Shown here piece after piece: positions 55,453 through 64,000 of a stretch of DNA of 64,000 nt (positions are counted from its first letter, which is position 1; each line of letters starts with the position of its first letter). The translations under genes were made by a program, and so were the position numbers. The notes beneath the pieces are model-generated. The model made no database searches, had not been told where the DNA came from, and saw only the letters and a program-made list of their open reading frames with translations. The stretch is from Chrysomallon squamiferum (taxonomy: Eukaryota > Animalia > Mollusca): contig CM022674.1 of NCBI GenBank assembly GCA_012295275.1, positions 2,728,001-2,792,000 of the forward strand, given 5' to 3'.

Positions 55453-55932
55453 TGTGTGTCTGTGTATGTAACTGGTAATTCTAGCTATTTTCTTCTCATT
55501 CAACAACAACGTTATAACTGCAGCAACAAGAACAGCTATTCATACAACTACTGCTACTACAACTACTACTTTCATTACTACTGCAACTACTCCCAGCACA
55601 TACTACCACCACAACTACTACGACAGCACCTCCAATTACTTGTGTTCCTACTACTACAACTACATGACCTTTTGTAACAATCCCATCATAAAAAAAATAT
55701 ATATAATAAAACAAAATTCACGGTTTTTTATTCTCCAATGTGATTACGTAAGTCTGGCTTTTTCAGACTTAATGGTGTAATTGGATATAAACTTTGATTT
55801 TAATACGTAGCATCCAGACAGACGCAATTATTTCTCTTCCTTGTTCTTTTCTTTTTTTTTCTTAACCATTATCATCATCATTAGGACCATAATAATAACA
55901 ACACTACTACCACCAACAACAAAAACAGCAAG

Positions 55933-55968
<36 letters not shown>

Positions 55969-56010
55969 AATAATAATAATAATAATAATTTGTATTATTA
56001 TTATTATTAC

Positions 56011-56207
<197 letters not shown>

Positions 56208-56276
56208 GCTCTTACTTCTAATACTAATACTTTTATAACTTGTAATAATAATGAGGTGATGACGATGATGATGATG

Positions 56277-56334
<58 letters not shown>

Positions 56335-56799
56335 CAACAACAACAACAACAACAGCAGCACCGTCACAACGTTTTATAATGACAACGGAAACACCGTGAA
56401 CGCAATTTTACACGATTACCGGTCATTTGAAAATGTCTTCATAATTTAATTCAATAGAAGTCAGTCTGGAACATCAGTGACGTACAAGACGTCGTTAAGA
56501 AATTGAATTATGTATTTTAAATCAATAAACCTTCATGTTAGGATGCTGATGTGGCCGCTAGGATGCGGAAAATTAAAGACAGCGACAGTATTTAAACGAA
56601 TTATGAAGAGACATCTCTACATGCATGCATGCGGAAATGCCCCACATATATGCACACGTAATTTACGTATGTCTGTATGTATGTTTATCTGCCTGTCTGA
56701 CAACAATTTCCGTTTCTCCTTTTTGATGTGATGTTTCTATTTGGTATTACATTAGTCTTGTATCTAGACATATACACATATATATCTATATGTCTATAA

Positions 56800-56858
<59 letters not shown>

Positions 56859-56928
56859 TTCCCATACATACATATGTACATACACACACACATACACACA
56901 GAGACATATATACATATATATATATATA

Positions 56929-57010
56929 CGGAGTGCGGGCGAATGGGTGCCTTACGTTCGAGTCTCGTCAGCGGCATCTGAGGGGGTTTGTGAGATCGTG
57001 ATTGAACTTT
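56929..57010 (+). mobile_element. 5'-truncated copy of the tRNA-derived SINE
   Basis: cggagtgcgggcgaatgggtgccttacgttcgagtctcgtcagcggcatctg matches 34605-34657. The A box is missing and a (TA)n tract lies in its place. Confidence 0.7.
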
Positions 57011-57742
57011 GTCCTCCTCCTGCGCCAGTGCGTTCTCGAATATTGTCTATGTGCAGAGTCTAATCAGACGTACACAAGACAGAGATAATATTCATTCTTT
57101 CATACAGACGCACGCAAACACGCACACAGGTACGGACGTACTTCTATCGAATTCGTGCCACAGGTCCAGCTCCATACCATTGAGCGAGCTACGTACAGCC
57201 CGTTTTCTGAACTCAGAAATTTTTCAGATGATATTAATTTGTAAAACCGCTATGGCTTGTTCTGCGTTCAGGATTCATGCGGGCATAATTGGGTTCGTTA
57301 CGTCTTTGTCTGTCACTTCGACATCAGCAGGGATATCAATTTAACACGAGTCTCGTTTTAACAAAGACAGCCACACGTCTGTCATCTGAAAGAGTTACGG
57401 AACGTGCCAGAATTGCAGCTTTTGTTAATTAAAGAAAGTTAAAGACATTTGTGTCAAGTTCAAAGACAAATCTAATGGATGTGTTACGTATATAAGACTG
57501 CACACGCTTTTTTTGAAGCAGTGGTTGTGTAATGGTATGTAGAAGATAAATGGTCTAGTTTATACAGAGTTGTAGGTTAATGAGAGTTTTTTTTTATTTT
57601 ATTGCTGGTGATGTATTTTGTGCATACATGCTGCTGTCTACAACCAGTAAGAATAATCTCACTAAACAATGTGGTGGAAGTATTAACAACGGTTTGACCT
57701 TAACAACACACAATACAGAACACACATACATTTTGTTTTGTT

Positions 57743-57827
<85 letters not shown>

Positions 57828-58329
57828 GTCTCTCACTGTCTCTATCTATCTATCTATCTCTGTCTCTCACTGTCTCTATCTATATTTCTCTATCTATCTA
57901 TCTCTATCTATCTGTATCTGTCTGTCGTCTATATATATATATATTTATCTATTTATCTATCTATCTAGCTACCTCTCTATTGTCTGACTGTTTGTCTATC
58001 TGTCCATCTATACTTATCTCTCGCTGTATGTGTATCTATCGGTATATCTATCTGACACACACGTACAGACACACACACACTCACACACACACACTATTAC
58101 ATACTCACATACAGAGAGAAACAGCAGACAGACATCAAACATGTAATCAGTCAATGAATATTAACGTTATCTAAAATATTTATGCCAGCCACCGAAAACA
58201 CACAGTACACCATCTGCGGAGGTACCGAGGACATTTCTGTCTCCTAGTATCAGCACGCTGGACAGCTGAGGGTTGGTGAACACAAACAAACTATTGGATT
58301 TATCCCAGGATCGCTCAGCTTGTAACTGA

Positions 58330-59350
58330 TGAAGCGTGTTGATCCAAGCACTCAAATCTCTCTAATGGATTTATCCGGAGTTCATTCACTTGCTCTTCAC
58401 TGGCAACATTTTATAGCTTCTGCTTAAATACTGTACATGCCATGGACGTAGAATGTTTTCGGTACGCTTAAGAGGATTGTTTAAACTTGCCTGTCAAGGA
58501 TACGATGACCTCTGACCTCGCCAGAGAATTGTATAGAAGGCGAAGATGTCAAGACTGTAATGATCAAGAAACTCATTGAAGGTTTTACGATGTCCCAAAA
58601 AACACAATTCCCGTTTTTTGTCTGGATTTAAGAGTTGATTGTTCAGCTGGAGAATTTGACATGTCTAAGGTTTCAGCCAAACTATATTTGTTTGTTATGA
58701 CAAAAAAAACCATGATCCCTATAGAAAAATATAGTGTCGAAAATAGAGTGCCCGTTTATATTGAATTATTTTGTACGTTGTTCAGATGGTAAAACACCCT
58801 CAACCCATCAATAAAAGGTGCAGTGATAAAACTTACAGTTCCCTTTTTTTTATTGGACTAAAGTGTGGGTTCTTAAGATGATTTTGACAGCCTCTGTTTT
58901 GAAGTTGTTTTGATAGAACACCTTATAAGCAATGGATGAAGGTTACAAGCCCATTTTTGTCAGATTAAGCAGTAGATTTTTTCAGATGACTTGAAATCAC
59001 TGGGTTTATTTCAGCATGTGTATGAAAGGTGTTTTGATAAAACGAAGGTTACACGTATCAAAATTTACAAAACCCATTTTCACTATATTTAATCAGAACC
59101 GTGTTCAGATCACTTGATATCACTGCATTTCCTGCCTTAATAAGCTTTTTAGATTTATTGACTGAAATATTTATATCCAGGACTGGACAACACTGGCCAA
59201 AAAGACTGCAGCTTCAATCGAATCATCAGCAGATTTGTAAAGATAACCTGAAGTGAGCTACACTTGCAGTCATACTGGACTTTGTTTGTAAGCCAGTGCG
59301 TAGTACAATATAATTTGCGGAACAAACGCGAGTTCAAGGCCAACATGAAA
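58330..59350 (-). mobile_element. Highly degenerate DNA-transposon relic, probably hAT
   Basis: Stitched minus-strand frames give LWRGQRSSYP*QASL / TILLSVPKT / STSM, resembling the hAT C-terminal dimerisation motif (WW...YPxLAxLA..xLSxPATSxxxER). An upstream ACNLHP resembles ATxLHP/LDPR. There are many stops and frameshifts, and no TIRs were identified. Confidence 0.4.
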
Positions 59351-59773
59351 GCTTTTACAGTCCGTGTATTTAAAGTAATACGTGAATAGTATATTATCTC
59401 CAGTCCCTGAGGTTCGCGTTCATTGATTTCTCAACAAGTGCAAATCATTATAAAATCATTGGTAAAAATAATTATATGCAAGAGAGATAAATATAATAAT
59501 TCAGGAGCGCTGAGAACGTACGTATAATTAATTTAGTAATACGTTTCAAAATGTTTTGCAAATTTGTTTACTTATTATTATTATTTTTTTTTTTTGTGTT
59601 GTTAACAATAACTACAAGTTTAAATACAGAGACGTTTGCAATGCTGCTAAATTTTATACCCTATAGTAGTAATAGTAAAATTATATAAAAAAATTTTATT
59701 AAATAGATTTCTTTATAATTATATGCGAATGGCTAAAAATGTCCCTTTCTCTCTTTTTTCTTTCTTTCTTTCG

Positions 59774-59825
<52 letters not shown>

Positions 59826-59886
59826 AACATACGTATATATATATATAGATATACAAATATATATACACACACACATATATACGTGC

Positions 59887-59953
<67 letters not shown>

Positions 59954-60630
59954 GTCTCTTATATATATATGTATGCATGTATGTATATTCTAATAAATAC
60001 AATTACCTAACTCTTGCACCATGTTACACATTTTCAAACGCTTACTCTGCTACATGTAAACAACTAGTTATCGAAATATAAATATTTATTTTTGAAAATG
60101 TTAAGTACCTATATATAGTACACTGCACGCTGTAATAATAAAAACAAAGACAATTAAACTACGCTTGTACCAAAAATGTACATTGTAGAGTCTTTACATT
60201 ATACACGTGTTTGTTTGGAATTAGATTATTAGTATTTGTTTTTGTCTTTTAGGAAACTTTGCCTTAAGGATTTTTGTACTAAAATATTCTTTTACTTTCG
60301 TCATAAGAGAGCCGCAGTAAATTTCATTATTTACACTGAAACATTTAACAGTTCAGTCTACTTTGAGTGATGATAATAACAACAAAAACAATAATAATAA
60401 TAATAATAATAATATAGCAACATTCTAAATTTTATATAAACAAAATCGTTTATATTTTTATTCGTCCAGTTAGATATAATTTTTTTTCTGCGTAATATTA
60501 ACATAGTGCGGAAACAACAGCACTATCGATGACGTCACGACAATTGCATTACGTCATTTCAACAAAGAATATGGCATTGTTGCGAAGTAAGTAAATTATT
60601 ATTATGTTTAATATCATCATCATCGTCATC

Positions 60631-60662
<32 letters not shown>

Positions 60663-63376
60663 CATTGTTACGATCAATATTCTTCTTCTTCTTCTTTTTC
60701 TTCTTCTTCTTGATCTTCTTCTTATTATTATTAATGTCATCGTCGTGGTAGTTAGTGTTGTTGTTGTTGTTGAACTTTAAAGATCCGATACTTACAATAC
60801 TATAACCTACGATGACGTACGCTAAAAACAGAATTTTAAATCAGTGTACACTCAGTCACTTCTGCTTGCGGCAGCTTTTTACCCACAGGTTTTGTGTAAA
60901 ACTGACTTTGCTGTTCGCGTACGAAAAACGAAACAAACGTGACGTAAAGTTCAGTCTAAGAGGTTTTACAGAGTAAACGTCCCTCTGGCAAAATACAGAG
61001 ACATAGAGACGTTGTTGTTTTTTTGTTTTTTTTCTGAGACGAGCAGAAAACGTCAGGGGGGTACAGCACTGTTTAGAAAAGATGGGAACTCGCTGAAGGT
61101 GATTTAACTTTTGCAAACTGAATTTGTTTATTTATGCAGATTCAGGGCCTCTTCCAGTAAAAGTGTAAGGTAATGTGTATGAACAAGCGGCGAATGCCTC
61201 GTTCTGAAACCGCCTGTGGCGGCGGGGGGGGGGGGCGAGAAGGACAGAGGTCACTGTAACTGTCTGGAGGAATAGTCGTAATTTTATTATAAACACAAAA
61301 CCCCCCCCAAAAAACAACAACAAAAAAACAAAAAACAACAACAACAACAACAACAAAAAATGAATAATAATAAATAAATAAATAAATAAAATAAAATAAT
61401 AATAATAAATACATTGCTAAATAAATTAAAAAAACATATATATATATATATTAATTATTTGTAACATGAGTAGAAAAAACTGCAAAAACAAAATTAAAAT
61501 TTAAAAATATTTACCAAAATAATTTAAAAAATTTATAAACGAATAAAATAAACATTTATAAATAAATAAAGCAGAAGAAACAGATAAAGAAACAAAACAC
61601 CACACAAAAATTAATAAAATAAAATAATAAAATAAAATAAAAAATCCCGATAAATAAATGTAATTTTTTCTTCATAAAGTGTTGATCTTTGAAAACACAC
61701 AGAACACACATATTATATATAGACAGATAAATATACAGAAAAAAAAAAATATATATATATATATATATAGATAGATAGATAGATAGATAGACAAATAAAT
61801 AGATAGACAGATAGACAGACAGACAGACAGATAGACAGACAGATGACTGCAAAGTACTTTCGCTAATTAATACAAAAATCTGGAGGGTTTCTGTGTGTAG
61901 TTATTGCAGAAGACTGAAGGGCACAGTTCGCTGTGTCTTTGTTCAGGTGTGTAAAAGCTTGTGGTGAGTTCTTTCCTGCAGAAATCTTTCTTAAACTGAA
62001 CACGTCGAGTGCTGCTCTTATGGAGACGTAATGGTAGCAGCAGTAATGGTAATTTGAGGCAGGTAGTCGCTGTAGTAGTCTGGTTAATGGTGAGGGTGTT
62101 GGTGGTGATGGTGATGTAGTGGAACAGACGTAATAGATGTATCAGGAGAGGTGGTAGTAGTTGGAACAATCACTGTTGTACCGTTTATTATTATTTCTAT
62201 TATTTTACTTAGCTGAACTAGTAGTAGTAGTAGTAGTCGTAGTAGTCGTTGTAGTGGTAGTAGTAGTGGTGGCAACGGTGCTGGTAGTAGTTGTAGCAGT
62301 AGTAGCTTTGTAATATTAGTTCTATTCCTGTTTTTAATTGTTGTCGCGGTAGAGTTGTAGCAGAAGTAGTTACGTAATGACAGAGTTGTGTAGTAGTAGC
62401 ACTAGCAGTAGTAGTAGTAGTACCTGCAACAGCAGCAGCAACAACAACATTAATGGTAGAGCATATTTTAAAATATAATTAATAGTAACATTGACGTTAG
62501 CAAAATGGCTGTTGGTAGCGGTCTTACTATTAATTATAGGTGAGCATATAATCAGTGATAGTGATTATGGTAGTTACTGCAGTTATTACGTAGTGGTAGT
62601 GGTAATAATGACGTAGGCTGTGCAGTAGTAATGATAATAGCCTGTATGGTAGACGTAGTAGTAATACCAGCCGTAACAATAGTAATAATGTTGCCAATAA
62701 TATTAATGGCAACCGTAACAGTATCTCATTTATCAACGAAAAGCGATTTATGTATGTCTGTTATTATTCTTTCTGTAAAAAAGTTATTTCTAATCCAACC
62801 AGTGTATTTTTTCTTTTGTATCCAATGACTTTATTTCATCCCACTGTACTTACTGTCCCTCTCTGACACCTTAAGCGTTCGCTTTTTTTTTTTTTTTTTT
62901 TATCACGTTTAAGGATTCCATGATTTGTCCTTCCACGATGCACGAACTAAATTACTTAATGTATTTTGTAAGCCAGACTTCGATCTGTAACATAACACTC
63001 TAGTGTTTGTTTTTAGCGTAATCCTGTTTCGTGTATAACTGCAGTATTGGATTTTATTCCGTAATTTGCTCAAGACAAGTTAATGTAATTTTGTAAACGC
63101 GGTGTATTTTATTTTAATGCATCTGTTAAGGTTTGTTATTGAAATGTTAAATCGATGTAGTAATAGAAGAACAGTTTGTAAAATAGACAGTGTGGGATGC
63201 TGGAATATTCATAACAAAAAAGCGGATTTAAACCAGCTCTGTCATTGCTTTTGTGGATGGCGTTTTCTTTGTTTTCTGGAGGGATGTAATTTAGAAGGTT
63301 GATGTTAATAGTCTAAGCTGTCAAATGTCGCAGGATCGATCTTTATTGTGTCTCTTGTGTACTGGCAGACTTTCTT

Positions 63377-63489
<113 letters not shown>

Positions 63490-64000
63490 GTCTGTCTGTC
63501 TGTCTGTCTGACTGTTTCTGTTGATAACATTGTTTTCCACCACACAACAATGTTACACCACAGACATGTACTATTAAAATGCACCGACAGGGGTTAAATA
63601 TCCATCTATTTCACTGGACAGCACAATACATCTTTGAGAGGTGAAATATTCTGAAGAACCGTTAAACTAATATTCATTCATTCTGCTTAAACTTTGCTAT
63701 TACTGACTGCGACTCCAGCGTGCTAGAATAGCTATAATTAGCCCAAAAATGAATGTCCTGGGTTATTACGATGAATCCAAGCTGACCAGCATGTAACACA
63801 CCTATCTGTCTGTGAGACTACTATCAGTCTATTCCTACGAACGTACGAACGTAAGTATTTACATCTATCAGTGTAAATAGTAGCCTTTAAATAGTAGCGT
63901 ATCTCCTATAAGCCTAACCAACCTAACGATGGACCTACTGGCCTATTTGTTTACCAGCCTAAAGTCTTACCCACCTACTTGCCTACCAGTCTGATTATTT

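Overview
AT-rich, microsatellite-dense eukaryotic genomic DNA; the gene content suggests a mollusc (inference). The first 27 kb holds three gene types. (1) A minus-strand NLR-like gene with an nSTAND3-type P-loop NTPase and ankyrin repeats. Its N-terminus, which I assembled from three small phase-1 exons, contains a RHIM-like amyloid-signalling motif on its own 63-nt exon, and its ankyrin tail is broken by several 1-nt indels. (2) A plus-strand cluster of secreted cysteine-rich Cvsi-2-like protease-inhibitor genes: one intact, one with a 1-nt frameshift in exon 1, and one orphan exon relic. (3) An intact four-exon TAF10. Around these lie a 2.4-kb tandem duplication carrying a LINE relic, telomere-like repeats and a MULE relic. 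From about 28 to 64 kb I recognise no protein-coding gene. That part contains microsatellites, a tRNA-derived SINE, 61-bp and 30-bp minisatellites, a probable hAT relic and several splice-site-bounded islands. Most ORFs in the supplied track are microsatellite artefacts. All gene models were built by eye, without database searches.
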